A stretch of DNA of 33,027 nt from a virus (Duplodnaviria > Caudoviricetes): positions 1 through 33,027 of IMG/VR virus record IMGVR_UViG_3300044538_000008, one strand, 5' to 3'. Within the stretch, counting starts at the first letter, position 1. Each line of letters begins with the position of its first letter. Positions 9,163 to 17,588 of the stretch are shown here, in pieces. The notes beneath the pieces were generated by a model. That model had not been told where the DNA came from and ran no database searches. It was given only the letters and a program-made list of their open reading frames with translations. The position numbers and the translations under genes were made by a program.

Positions 9163-10346
9163 CCGTGCCACCTCGAAATCCCGTACTCCCGCAGCGACCA
9201 GTCCGAGAGGGTAACCACGTCCTCATCCGAGAGCGCGGTGTTCCACACCGCAAGCGAAGACATGCTCATCTTGTAGTGCGTCGGGCCCACCTCACCATCG
9301 TAGCCGATGCGCGTAGCGCCGCTCTGCAGATTGAGCAGGATCTCCTGCGCGAAGCCGTCGAACTCCACCGCCAGCGGGCATCCGTTTTTGGTGGCCCGCG
9401 TCGCCGATATCCCCTGGCCCGCAAAGTAGCGCGCGACGAGCACCTGCGAGTGGTTCTTGTTCATGTCGCTACGGAAGAACCGGAGCGAGTCGGACCCCAC
9501 AAAACCAGTCCTGAGGACAAACAGGAAGACGAGACCGAGCGATCCCATGCTCTGCCCAACCTGGAACCCGTCCGAGGTATCAGCCGACGCATCCGGAGAT
9601 GGGTGCGTTCCGATCTCGATGGCCGACGCCGGCTCGGCAGCGGTCACGCCGTTCGCCTTGAAAGCCGCATACACCGTGATGGCGGTGTCGCCCGAGAGCC
9701 CGAGGAGGTCGTCGCGCTGCAAGTAGTCGTCTACGCCGTCGAACACCATGGCCGGCTTGTCGGTCAACCTCGTCTCGGTCGGGCTCGTCGGCAGGACATC
9801 GATCGCCGTGCCGCTGTAGATGCGTGGCTGGGCTGCCGCTGTTGCTTGCGAAAGGTCCCGGCCGTTGCCGCTCTGGTCGTAGAGCTTGGCCACGTAGCCA
9901 GCCGAGGTCCCCGCCGCGCTCGAGATCGTAGCGGTGTCGACCTCGCCGTCGCTGAGTTCTGCCCGGTCGTCCACATACCCGACGTCGGTCTCGGTCGAGC
10001 CGACCCGAAGCCGCAAGAGCGAGTCCGTGAACGACTCTTTGAGCTTGTGGCTCACGCTCCAGCAAGCAATTGGCGCAGTCGCGAGCTCGTCCATGATGAA
10101 GGGCTTGTGCCAGCGCTCCTTGCCCCCACGCTCTGAGCTGTGGACGGCCGGCAGCCTGAACCGCTCCGCGTACTCCCTATCGAGAGTGACCGAGTCCTTG
10201 AGCCCGATGTCGTCTGGGCAGCGCAGGGTACCATCCGGGGCCATCCTGAGCTGGGAGCGGAGCCACAAGACGCCGCAGTACTCGCAACGCTTCTGATAGT
10301 CGCCGCGCGGCGAGAGCGGGCTTCGATGTCTTCCGATGGTTCGCAC
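9159..10346 (-). CDS. Virion protein: N-terminal CxxC...C module fused to a concanavalin-A/LamG-like (arabinofuranosidase-B-catalytic-like) domain (395 aa)
   Basis: N-terminal CEYCGVLWLRSQLRMAPDGTLRCPDD; then WSVSHKL...LLRLRVGSTETDVGY...GYVAKLYDQSGNGRDLSQATAAAQPRI...FDGVDDYL...WNTALSD. Confidence 0.65.
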   Translation of the reverse strand: MRTIGRHRSPLSPRGDYQKRCEYCGVLWLRSQLRMAPDGTLRCPDDIGLKDSVTLDREYAERFRLPAVHSSERGGKERWHKPFIMDELATAPIACWSVSHKLKESFTDSLLRLRVGSTETDVGYVDDRAELSDGEVDTATISSAAGTSAGYVAKLYDQSGNGRDLSQATAAAQPRIYSGTAIDVLPTSPTETRLTDKPAMVFDGVDDYLQRDDLLGLSGDTAITVYAAFKANGVTAAEPASAIEIGTHPSPDASADTSDGFQVGQSMGSLGLVFLFVLRTGFVGSDSLRFFRSDMNKNHSQVLVARYFAGQGISATRATKNGCPLAVEFDGFAQEILLNLQSGATRIGYDGEVGPTHYKMSMSSLAVWNTALSDEDVVTLSDWSLREYGISRWHG

Positions 10347-10359
10347 CAGGCTCCAACTG

Positions 10360-10384
10360 CGGCCTGGGCCACCGGCCGAGGCCG
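10360..10384 (-). other. GC-rich intergenic hairpin downstream of the capsid-gene block (possible mRNA stabiliser or attenuator)
   Basis: CGGCCT-C-GGCC-GGT-GGCC-C-AGGCCG, 10 bp with one mismatch; no U tract, so not called a terminator. Confidence 0.3.
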
Positions 10385-10391
10385 GCTACAA

Positions 10392-11375
10392 CTACGCGCT
10401 CACCGGAGTCAGCGCGATCGGAATCTCACCCTGCAGGTTTGCCGCGTACACACGCGGGCCGAACCCGACCGAGCCGGCCGCAGCGGCCCACGCACCGTTG
10501 GCGTTGCCGATGACCTCGAAATCCGCGTGGTCTCCCAGAACGGTCAAGTAGAGGTCGTCCACGAACCCGGTCACGCCGGCCATGCAGGTCACGGCCGCGG
10601 TGGATGCCGCCTTGCGGTTTTCGATCCTGTTGCCGAGCATGAGGATATTCGTGCTCGCCGTGGTCGCGAACCGAACGACGCCCACGCCCACCGCTGAACT
10701 CGCCCAGATGATGTTGTTGCCGATCATCCGAAGCCGGTCGGCCCCGACGAGCTGCAAGAACGTCGTGCTCTCGGCAGCCGTTGCCCCGTAGCAGTCGTTT
10801 TCCGCAAACGTGAAATCGTCCGCGGCGGCCGTGGTCGTGACCGCGATCGTCGCGAGGTCGTTCGCGTCGCCGTCGCACCGGATTTGGCACCCCACGATCG
10901 CGCAGCCTGCGGCCGAGACCGTGATCGGGGCGGCGACCGACACGCCTGCGTTGGCGGCGTCGGCAACCTTCAGGATGCAGTTTTCGATGGTCGCGTTGGC
11001 CACGTCCAAAAGCCAGGTGGCCGCAGCCGCGGTCCAGGTGAACGTGGGACGGGTTGTCCCGTGCCCGAGGCCGATCACACGCGTGCCGGCGACGAGGCTA
11101 CTGAAGAAGTCGGCTGCCGAGACGTTCTCGACGTGCCCCGGCAGGACGATCACCACGTCCCCGAAGCCGCTACGGCACTGGGCAAGGCCCTGGTTCAGGG
11201 TGGTGACGAGGCGCGTCCGGATCGCATCGTCGTCGTAGTTCTGCGGGCCCGTGCTGCGCACGTAGGCCGCGACGCGGCCCGAAACGGGCAAGAGTTGGCC
11301 GAGCTCGAAGCGGTAGCCTGCCCCGATCTTCAGAAAGGGGAGGTTTTGCGTGTTGAACGAGCCGTACGCACTCAT
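10392..11375 (-). CDS. Beta-helix virion protein (possible head fibre/decoration, 327 aa)
   Basis: TTLNQGLAQCRSGFGDVVIVLPGHVE...TRVIGLG followed by repeated I.NC.I / I.GN.I coils; directly follows the major capsid gene. Confidence 0.6.
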   Translation of the reverse strand: MSAYGSFNTQNLPFLKIGAGYRFELGQLLPVSGRVAAYVRSTGPQNYDDDAIRTRLVTTLNQGLAQCRSGFGDVVIVLPGHVENVSAADFFSSLVAGTRVIGLGHGTTRPTFTWTAAAATWLLDVANATIENCILKVADAANAGVSVAAPITVSAAGCAIVGCQIRCDGDANDLATIAVTTTAAADDFTFAENDCYGATAAESTTFLQLVGADRLRMIGNNIIWASSAVGVGVVRFATTASTNILMLGNRIENRKAASTAAVTCMAGVTGFVDDLYLTVLGDHADFEVIGNANGAWAAAAGSVGFGPRVYAANLQGEIPIALTPVSA

Positions 11376-11382
11376 CGTGACC

Positions 11383-12288
11383 TCACAGGTTGCAGCCGAG
11401 GATGCCGCGCGCGTTGCTCATGCCGCGCGTCCAGCGCCCGGTCACGCTGTACTGCATGACTTCGTGACTGTTCTCGACCCACGAACGGCTGCGCGGCTTC
11501 CATCCCCACCGGAAGTTGAGGCCGTCCTCTGCATCGGTCGTGTAGATGTAGTTCGTGGTCGTGTTCGTCCACTGGAGCACCGGCACGGGCTCGAGCTTCA
11601 TCTTGTGAACGACGTTGATCGCCGCGAAGTTGCCCGCCTCTGGCACCATCGTGCTCCCAAGGAGCTGCTCCCACACCGTCTGCTGGTCGATCGGAAAGAG
11701 CACCTGCTTGAGCTTGTAGCCTTCACGAAGCCCGTCCTGGCTCGGCATGCTCCCCGCCTGCGTGCGCGCGATGCTCACCGCGGCATGCGACGGGCTCATG
11801 GCCGTTGCGATGAGATTCGAGAAAGTGCCGCCCTTGGGCAGGGTGTGGGAGGCCGAGCAGAACGCCACGCCGTCGCCGATCGTGTAGTCCGTGTTGAAGG
11901 CGCGCGCGAGCATGAGCGCCGCGTCGATGTCGATCGTCTTCCAGATGGCGCGCTTGAGGCGCTTGGCCGCGACGATCGCCTCGGGGTAGCGGTTGTCGGC
12001 AATGGCCTCCTCGGTGACGATGAGGCGCATGCCGAACTTGCGCAGGTTGTAGCGCGTCGCGAATCCCTCGCGGATGCTGCCGGCGGGGATCTCCGACCCC
12101 TCCGACATCTCGACCGCCAGCCCGATGCCACCGATCTCCTGGTCCTCTTCCCAGGCGCCGTCCAGCTTGCGCTCGTCGCAGTACTTGGGCATGTCGATCG
12201 AGCTCGCCACGCCGTCCGTGTCGTCTGTGATCACGCGCGAGAGGTTCTTCTGAAGCTCGTTCGCGATGACTGAGGTCATTACTGACAT
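11383..12288 (-). CDS. Major capsid protein (301 aa)
   Basis: Motifs EGSEI, VTEEAIADNRY, AFNTDYTIGDGVAFCSASHTLPKGGTFSN and C-terminal RWTRGMSNARGILG match the ~300 aa MCP family of HTVC010P-like podoviruses; AGGAG SD upstream. Confidence 0.85.
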   Translation of the reverse strand: MSVMTSVIANELQKNLSRVITDDTDGVASSIDMPKYCDERKLDGAWEEDQEIGGIGLAVEMSEGSEIPAGSIREGFATRYNLRKFGMRLIVTEEAIADNRYPEAIVAAKRLKRAIWKTIDIDAALMLARAFNTDYTIGDGVAFCSASHTLPKGGTFSNLIATAMSPSHAAVSIARTQAGSMPSQDGLREGYKLKQVLFPIDQQTVWEQLLGSTMVPEAGNFAAINVVHKMKLEPVPVLQWTNTTTNYIYTTDAEDGLNFRWGWKPRSRSWVENSHEVMQYSVTGRWTRGMSNARGILGCNL

Positions 12289-12313
12289 GGTGATATTCTC
12301 CTAGAACGAGACT

Positions 12314-12925
12314 TCAGACGCCGTCGAGCTGCGGCTCGGTACACTCGACGACCACGCGCACGTTGCTCCCGGAGAAGTCCTGGTTGCGGTCTTGGACGTC
12401 GATGAGCTGCCAGCCGGCCGTGCCCGTGCCGTGGCCGGAGATGTCGATCTTCGGGTTCGCGCGGCCTCCGCTCACGGTGCTGAAGTGGTCGCACTCCTCG
12501 CCGAGCAGCGCGATGTACGCCGCGTAGGTCGTCGCCGTCGTCTTGTCGTCGACATGCACCGACCACCAGATGTCGGCGACCGGCAGGATCAGGATCCGGG
12601 TCTCGCGGTCGAGCACGGTTCCGTACGCCGTGCCGCCGGGCACCTTCCCGCCGAGGCCGCCGGCCAAGATCCGCGTGCCGTCGTAGTACTGCTCGATTCC
12701 GACCACGATGCCCCAGATGGTTTCCCCGTCCAGGGCCATCTCGAAGTAACCGGTCGACACCTTGCGCACGGGATCGCCGATGCCGAGGTCGCAGTTTGCC
12801 GCCGCGGCGTCATCCACCGCTTGGTAGCCCGTGGCCACGCGCCCTAGGACAGGACTCGGGACCGCCGAGCCGCTCTTGGTCCGGAAGGGCTGAAATCCGT
12901 AGTGCTGGACGGGATTGTCTGCCAT
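12314..12925 (-). CDS. Capsid cement/decoration protein (203 aa)
   Basis: N-terminal MADNP..YGFQPFR, LGIGDPV, IWGIVVG; immediately upstream of the MCP as in related podovirus head operons. Confidence 0.6.
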   Translation of the reverse strand: MADNPVQHYGFQPFRTKSGSAVPSPVLGRVATGYQAVDDAAAANCDLGIGDPVRKVSTGYFEMALDGETIWGIVVGIEQYYDGTRILAGGLGGKVPGGTAYGTVLDRETRILILPVADIWWSVHVDDKTTATTYAAYIALLGEECDHFSTVSGGRANPKIDISGHGTGTAGWQLIDVQDRNQDFSGSNVRVVVECTEPQLDGV

Positions 12926-12933
12926 GGGTTCCT

Positions 12934-13425
12934 CTACTCGTTGAGCTCGACTTCGCGCAGCGGCTCAGTGTCGTTTGCGAAGTCGAGCGCGCGCGTCATG
13001 CCGCCGTGAAGCCCGCGGAGCGGATCGAAGCCGCCGCGCTTTTTCACGATCTGCCTTTCGAGATCGTCGACCGACTTCTGGCCGGATACGCCGTCGGGGC
13101 CGTACTTCTCGATCTCCTCGTGACGCGCCATCTCGACGCTCATGACGACCTGGCCGTACGCCTCGAGAGGCTCACCAGCTCTGACGTTTCGCGCGCGCCG
13201 AAACCGGAGACAGCCCGGCTCCCCGGTGAACGTCTCGACCCGGTAACCGACGTCTTCCCAATATTCGATGCCGTGAATCTGGGCCGACTTGTCGACCTGG
13301 ATGTAGCGCCGGCCAGGATCGGTATTTTCGAGCCGCGCGAAGCTCATCGGCGCGATCGGCCGCGGCTTCGGGTCGACTCTCTTTTTCGGCGCGTCTTCGG
13401 CGGCTCGGGCGCGAGGGATCGTCAC
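12934..13425 (-). CDS. Head-operon hypothetical protein (163 aa)
   Basis: Start placed at GTG 13423-13425 behind an AAGGAAGG SD; PGRRYIQV...VGYRVE...GQVVMSV pattern seen in the gene between scaffold and cement in this operon type. Confidence 0.6.
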   Translation of the reverse strand: MTIPRARAAEDAPKKRVDPKPRPIAPMSFARLENTDPGRRYIQVDKSAQIHGIEYWEDVGYRVETFTGEPGCLRFRRARNVRAGEPLEAYGQVVMSVEMARHEEIEKYGPDGVSGQKSVDDLERQIVKKRGGFDPLRGLHGGMTRALDFANDTEPLREVELNE

Positions 13426-13551
13426 AGGGGGGACCTTCCTTGGCCGCCTTGCAGACCGGCCGAACGTCCTCCCCTTGCGCCAGACGCGGTAGCGGGGACC
13501 CGCCGCGCCGTCCTGACGCGCGCCCTGGCGGGCCACGCGCCGAATGGTCCT

Positions 13552-13581
13552 AACCTACGGGGCGCTGACCGTCCGTGTCAA
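13552..13581 (-). promoter_or_regulatory. sigma70-like promoter for the capsid genes
   Basis: TTGACA (13581-13576)-N18-TAGGTT (13557-13552) in the gap right after the scaffold stop. Confidence 0.55.
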
Positions 13582-13590
13582 GCGAGATAC

Positions 13591-14529
13591 TCAGCTCTCG
13601 CGCGCGATGTCGGCGCCGACCGTCTTCGCCCAGTGGGCGTGGCGCTTACCGTCGTCCTTGATGTGGGGAAACATCGCATCGGCCTGGCGCTTGTGCTCGC
13701 GGGTCATCCGGATCGTGGTCGGCCGCTCGTCGCCGCCGCCCCCCGCTCCACGGGTCGGGCCGGCGAAGCGGGCCTTGGTGGCCGCCGATGGCTGCCTCGA
13801 GGTCGTGACCGGCCCGAGTTGGAATTCCTTCCTGGCGTCCATGAGCGCGGCTCTGCGGGTCTCCATGGTGTCCGGAGCGCCCCTTGCGCGCTTGGCCCGG
13901 AACATCGCGTCTGCGTACTGCGCCGCCTGCGGATGGCCCACCACGTCCGGGAACTCCGCTTTGATCATCGTGAGCATGACCGCGTGCTCGCCCTGCGGCC
14001 CCTGGCTAGGCGGCGGGGCGTGCTTCTTGGCCGCGGCTCGGTACGCGACGTCGTGCTTGCGCTGCTCGAGCTCCCAGCCGCGCTCTTCGAAGGCGTCGAT
14101 CTCGGCCTGGGTCAGGGCCGGCTGCCCCTGGGCGTTTCGCGCGCGCCACTCGGCCTGGAGCACCCTGGTCTCGCGCTGGATGTCCTTCCATTCCTTGCCG
14201 AGCGGGTCCTCCTCGGTCTTGCCGTTCGTCTGCGGCTGAACCGGCTGACGCGCAAGAAACGCCATCGCCTGCGTTCTTGCCTCGTCGCGCTCGCGCCGTG
14301 CCTGCTCGAGCTCTTCTTCGAGCTCGGCCTGACGGCTACGGCCGCGCGCGGCTCGCCGTTCACCGCGCGACGGCGGCTCGTCCTCCTCTTCTTGCTCCTC
14401 GGGCTCGGTAGAGAGCTCCGGCTCCTCCTCGGGGGCGCTCTCCTCGGGCTTTTTCTTCTCCTCTTCGGGAGCTTTCTTCTTGCCTTCGTCTTCGCCCGTG
14501 ATGTCGAGCTGGTCTTTCTTCTTTGCCAT
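13591..14529 (-). CDS. Scaffolding protein (312 aa)
   Basis: Acidic Pro/Glu-rich N-terminus, coiled coil, C-terminal TIRMTREHKRQADAMFP helix; lies between the GroES-like gene and the capsid genes. Confidence 0.7.
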   Translation of the reverse strand: MAKKKDQLDITGEDEGKKKAPEEEKKKPEESAPEEEPELSTEPEEQEEEDEPPSRGERRAARGRSRQAELEEELEQARRERDEARTQAMAFLARQPVQPQTNGKTEEDPLGKEWKDIQRETRVLQAEWRARNAQGQPALTQAEIDAFEERGWELEQRKHDVAYRAAAKKHAPPPSQGPQGEHAVMLTMIKAEFPDVVGHPQAAQYADAMFRAKRARGAPDTMETRRAALMDARKEFQLGPVTTSRQPSAATKARFAGPTRGAGGGGDERPTTIRMTREHKRQADAMFPHIKDDGKRHAHWAKTVGADIARES

Positions 14530-14538
14530 CCTTCACCT

Positions 14539-15147
14539 TCACATGTCGTCGGGCAGCCACGGAAGCACGGGGTTCCAGCGCTTGCCCTTCTTGTCCACAA
14601 AAACGTGCTGCGCGATCTTCTCGTCGAACACGACCTTGCACTCGCCGGCGGCCAGCGCCGCCTGCAGGTCTTCGCTGCCGCGGATGTCGCCCGCGCGCAG
14701 CATCACGAGCGTGAACCGGTAGCCGGCGATCGTGTCGACGTAGAGCCTGTAGGGCGAGAGCCTGTGGAGCTGCACGATGTGCCCAACGTCGACCCCGTTG
14801 CTCCTGAGCTCGTCGAGCGCCCGCAGGCCCGCCGCGACCAAAAGCCCGCGCGGGCTCTCGTTCACGATCTGCTGCATCGCCGCCTGCGGCATCTCGATCG
14901 CCCCGCCTTCCTGGAAGGTCGTGCCGTCGGCGGTCGGAAGCTGGAAGACGTAGACCGTGTCGTAGATGGGCGCGATCTTGAACGCCCCGTTGGGGACGCC
15001 GTACTTGAGCCGGCGGGCGTCGAGCGTCGGCGGCAGGCCGAGCTTGCCCCTCTTGGCCATGCGCCTTTTGAGCTCTTTCTCGATGTGCTCGGCCATGTTC
15101 CAGACGCCGAGCGCCCGAGCCACACCAGGATCACCGTCGCCCATCAC
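14539..15147 (-). CDS. GroES-like co-chaperonin (202 aa, with N- and C-terminal extensions)
   Basis: APIYDTVYV...GGAIEMP...RGLLVAAG...VDVGHIV...VMLRAGDIRG follows the GroES pattern (P..D.V.V, GGI..P, G.VVAVG, V.VGD.V, L...DI.G). Confidence 0.7.
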   Translation of the reverse strand: MMGDGDPGVARALGVWNMAEHIEKELKRRMAKRGKLGLPPTLDARRLKYGVPNGAFKIAPIYDTVYVFQLPTADGTTFQEGGAIEMPQAAMQQIVNESPRGLLVAAGLRALDELRSNGVDVGHIVQLHRLSPYRLYVDTIAGYRFTLVMLRAGDIRGSEDLQAALAAGECKVVFDEKIAQHVFVDKKGKRWNPVLPWLPDDM

Positions 15148-15392
15148 TTCTTTCCTTTGGGGAAAAAGAGGGCCGCGGCCCTGCTCTGCACCGTGTAGCG
15201 CGCGAACGCTTCGCGAACCTCGGGATCAGAACTGCCGCCGCAGAGACGCAGGAGCTCCGCGAGGCTCTTTTGGGCCTCTTCCCGCATCGCCTTGCCTAAA
15301 GATCTCGTCCACGGCTCGGCAAACCACGACCGTTGCGTGTCGAGCTCCTCATCCTCCGGAAGCTCCGGCTCTTGTTGCTCCGCACTATCCAC
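15144..15392 (-). CDS. Small hypothetical protein after portal (82 aa)
   Basis: Overlaps both neighbours; helical; W..EPWT motif; occupies the usual post-portal slot. Confidence 0.6.
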   Translation of the reverse strand: MDSAEQQEPELPEDEELDTQRSWFAEPWTRSLGKAMREEAQKSLAELLRLCGGSSDPEVREAFARYTVQSRAAALFFPKGKK

Positions 15393-17580
15393 GCATCACC
15401 TGCGGCCCCGCCGGTCGCGTCGGCTGCCCAGGCGGACCGCCGGCTCGCGCAGGGCGGCCCCGCGGCGGCGGGGCATTGGGCTGGCTACCCGATGGCGCCA
15501 TGGGCGGCGCGGGCATGATGCCAAAGGCCGTCTTCGGCGGCGGCGGCTCCGGGCCAAGGCTCGGGATCATGTCGAAGCGGCCCCGCTCTTCGAGTGCGCG
15601 CTTGGCCGCGTGCCACTGGAAGTGGAGGTTCTGCGCGAGCGCTGGAATTGCTTTCGGCATCATCAAGACTTCGTCCGCCTCGGCAACGCGCTGGCTCTGC
15701 GTCACAAACCGGAGGTCGCCGCGGATCTTCACGTGGTAGTCGAGCTCGTACCATTCCCGCCGCACCGTGATCGTCTCGGCCTGGCCCACAAGCGGGTTCA
15801 GCATCGAGACCTTGGCCTCCTCGTCGAGATAGATCGCGTTCAGACGTGCGTTGTTCTTGAGCACGTGCTTGACGCTCAGGGCCGCCGCGCGCGTCGGAAC
15901 GCTGAGCTGCTTATTGGCCTGCTCGATTCGTGCCTGCACCCCGCGGTAGGTCTCGCCGCTCTTGCCGGGCTCGCCGCTAAAGATCTCCGGCGCCTGCGCA
16001 GCCTGTTGCCCCTGCTCGAGCATGAGCCGCACGACTTCCATGAGCTGCGGGTTAGCGCTGTCGCTGCGCAGCGGCATCACCGAGTCCTTGAGCGATTTAT
16101 TGCCGATGGTCTTCACCTTGTGAAACTTCATCGGCTCGAGCGTGAGGGGGCGCTCGGTCTCGACCGCGCTCTCGTCGACCATCCACCCTCCGGCGTTGGC
16201 GGCCGTCGCGATGTCGGTAAACTGCTGCATGGCGATGTTCGCAGCGCGATTGAAGTCGGCCTGCTGCCGGCCGTGCCCGAGGCCGAGGTTGCCGACGATC
16301 GGCTCCATGTTCACCCAATGGGTGTACATGTGAATCGGCTGCTTCCGCGGCGGCTCCGGCGTCACCGTGGCCGGGTCCTGGTCTCCTACCCACTGCGGCG
16401 GCGGGGGCGCTGGCTTGGGCGCGAGCTGCCCGGCGAAGCTCGGATGCAAAGCGATGCCCGAGCCCTCTAGCCCCTTTCGGATCATCGTGTTGACCATCTC
16501 CTCCTGCTCGTGGGCGGCGACGGCCGCGTCGTACTGCTCGAGCTCGGCCACCTGCCGCTCGTAGCGCTCGACTTCCGAGCGCGGCGGTTCCTCATGGATT
16601 CGGAGCGAGAGCACGGCCTTGGTGCGGCTGTCAACGATCGCCTGGATGAACCTGTCGCGCTCCTGCCCCGGCAGCGCCGAGCACCAACCCTCGTAGAGCA
16701 AGATCTTGTAGGGAGCCTTGCTGTCGTCATCGGGAACAACGATTCCCTCGCGCTCGCCCATCGCCTCGCGGAAGTGTTGCTCAGGTTCGTCCTCCCAACT
16801 CGGGGCTTCCTTGTCGAGCACCTTCTCGACGTCGAACCACTGCTCATCGTACGCCTGCAGCTCGTGACGGTAGAGCTTGAGAACCTGCACGCGCCACGGG
16901 CAGTCGGAGTAGTCCGGGTAGACTGACGTGTACACGTACGGAACGATGAACTCCTCGCACGAGAGCGTCTCGTGAGCGTTGCGCTGCCGGAACTCGTCTC
17001 TGTAACTCCTGGTTGTGGCGTCGCCCGCCATGTAGAAGAGCAGAAACGCGCGCTCCATCTGCCGGCGGAACTCCGGCATCTGCTCTGTGAGCTGGTAAGT
17101 GTCGTGCTTGGTCATCGCCTGACTGCGCATGACGGCCATGAAGTCGGAGCTGCACGGCGCAACCGTGATCGGCTGCGTCCAGTCGCCGAAGACCTCCGCG
17201 CTCGAGCGGACCACGATTCTCTGGAGCCCCAGCGACATCACCGGCAGGTGGGTATTGGCGCTGTACTTGAAGGGGCCCGATTTCGGCGGCAGCTCGCCCG
17301 TGTAGATCGACATGTCGGCCGAGAAGCGCTCTCGGTAGTTCTCGCTAGCGTCCCAGCCCGAAGTGAAGTCCTCGTCGACCTGCTTACTGATCTTCTTGAG
17401 GGCTTCTTTGCCCTTTTTGTTCTTCATGAAGATCGGGACGAGGTTGGGCTCGTCCTCGTCATACTCGGGCTCGCCCTCTTCGGCTTCGGCGTCCTCGGTC
17501 GGAAGCTCCTCGGGCAGAGTCTCCTCCGAAGACTCGACCGGCCCGTCGATTACCACTTCTGGCCTACCCATCACGCTCAC
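15385..17580 (-). CDS. Portal protein (731 aa)
   Basis: PFKYSANTHLPV, YQLTEQMPEF, GNLGLGHG, QFTDIATAANAGG, ARIEQANKQLS motifs and a Pro/Gly-rich tail; directly downstream of TerL. Confidence 0.85.
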   Translation of the reverse strand: MSVMGRPEVVIDGPVESSEETLPEELPTEDAEAEEGEPEYDEDEPNLVPIFMKNKKGKEALKKISKQVDEDFTSGWDASENYRERFSADMSIYTGELPPKSGPFKYSANTHLPVMSLGLQRIVVRSSAEVFGDWTQPITVAPCSSDFMAVMRSQAMTKHDTYQLTEQMPEFRRQMERAFLLFYMAGDATTRSYRDEFRQRNAHETLSCEEFIVPYVYTSVYPDYSDCPWRVQVLKLYRHELQAYDEQWFDVEKVLDKEAPSWEDEPEQHFREAMGEREGIVVPDDDSKAPYKILLYEGWCSALPGQERDRFIQAIVDSRTKAVLSLRIHEEPPRSEVERYERQVAELEQYDAAVAAHEQEEMVNTMIRKGLEGSGIALHPSFAGQLAPKPAPPPPQWVGDQDPATVTPEPPRKQPIHMYTHWVNMEPIVGNLGLGHGRQQADFNRAANIAMQQFTDIATAANAGGWMVDESAVETERPLTLEPMKFHKVKTIGNKSLKDSVMPLRSDSANPQLMEVVRLMLEQGQQAAQAPEIFSGEPGKSGETYRGVQARIEQANKQLSVPTRAAALSVKHVLKNNARLNAIYLDEEAKVSMLNPLVGQAETITVRREWYELDYHVKIRGDLRFVTQSQRVAEADEVLMMPKAIPALAQNLHFQWHAAKRALEERGRFDMIPSLGPEPPPPKTAFGIMPAPPMAPSGSQPNAPPPRGRPARAGGPPGQPTRPAGPQVMRG

Positions 17581-17588
17581 CCTACCAG

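Noticed and set aside
12796-15198. 800 aa plus-strand ORF (also 15292-16470, 4832-5848, 9165-10136, 11350-12273, 25323-26432)
   Set aside because: Antisense shadows of well-supported minus-strand genes; Arg/Leu/Ala-rich with no motifs, as expected in high-GC DNA.
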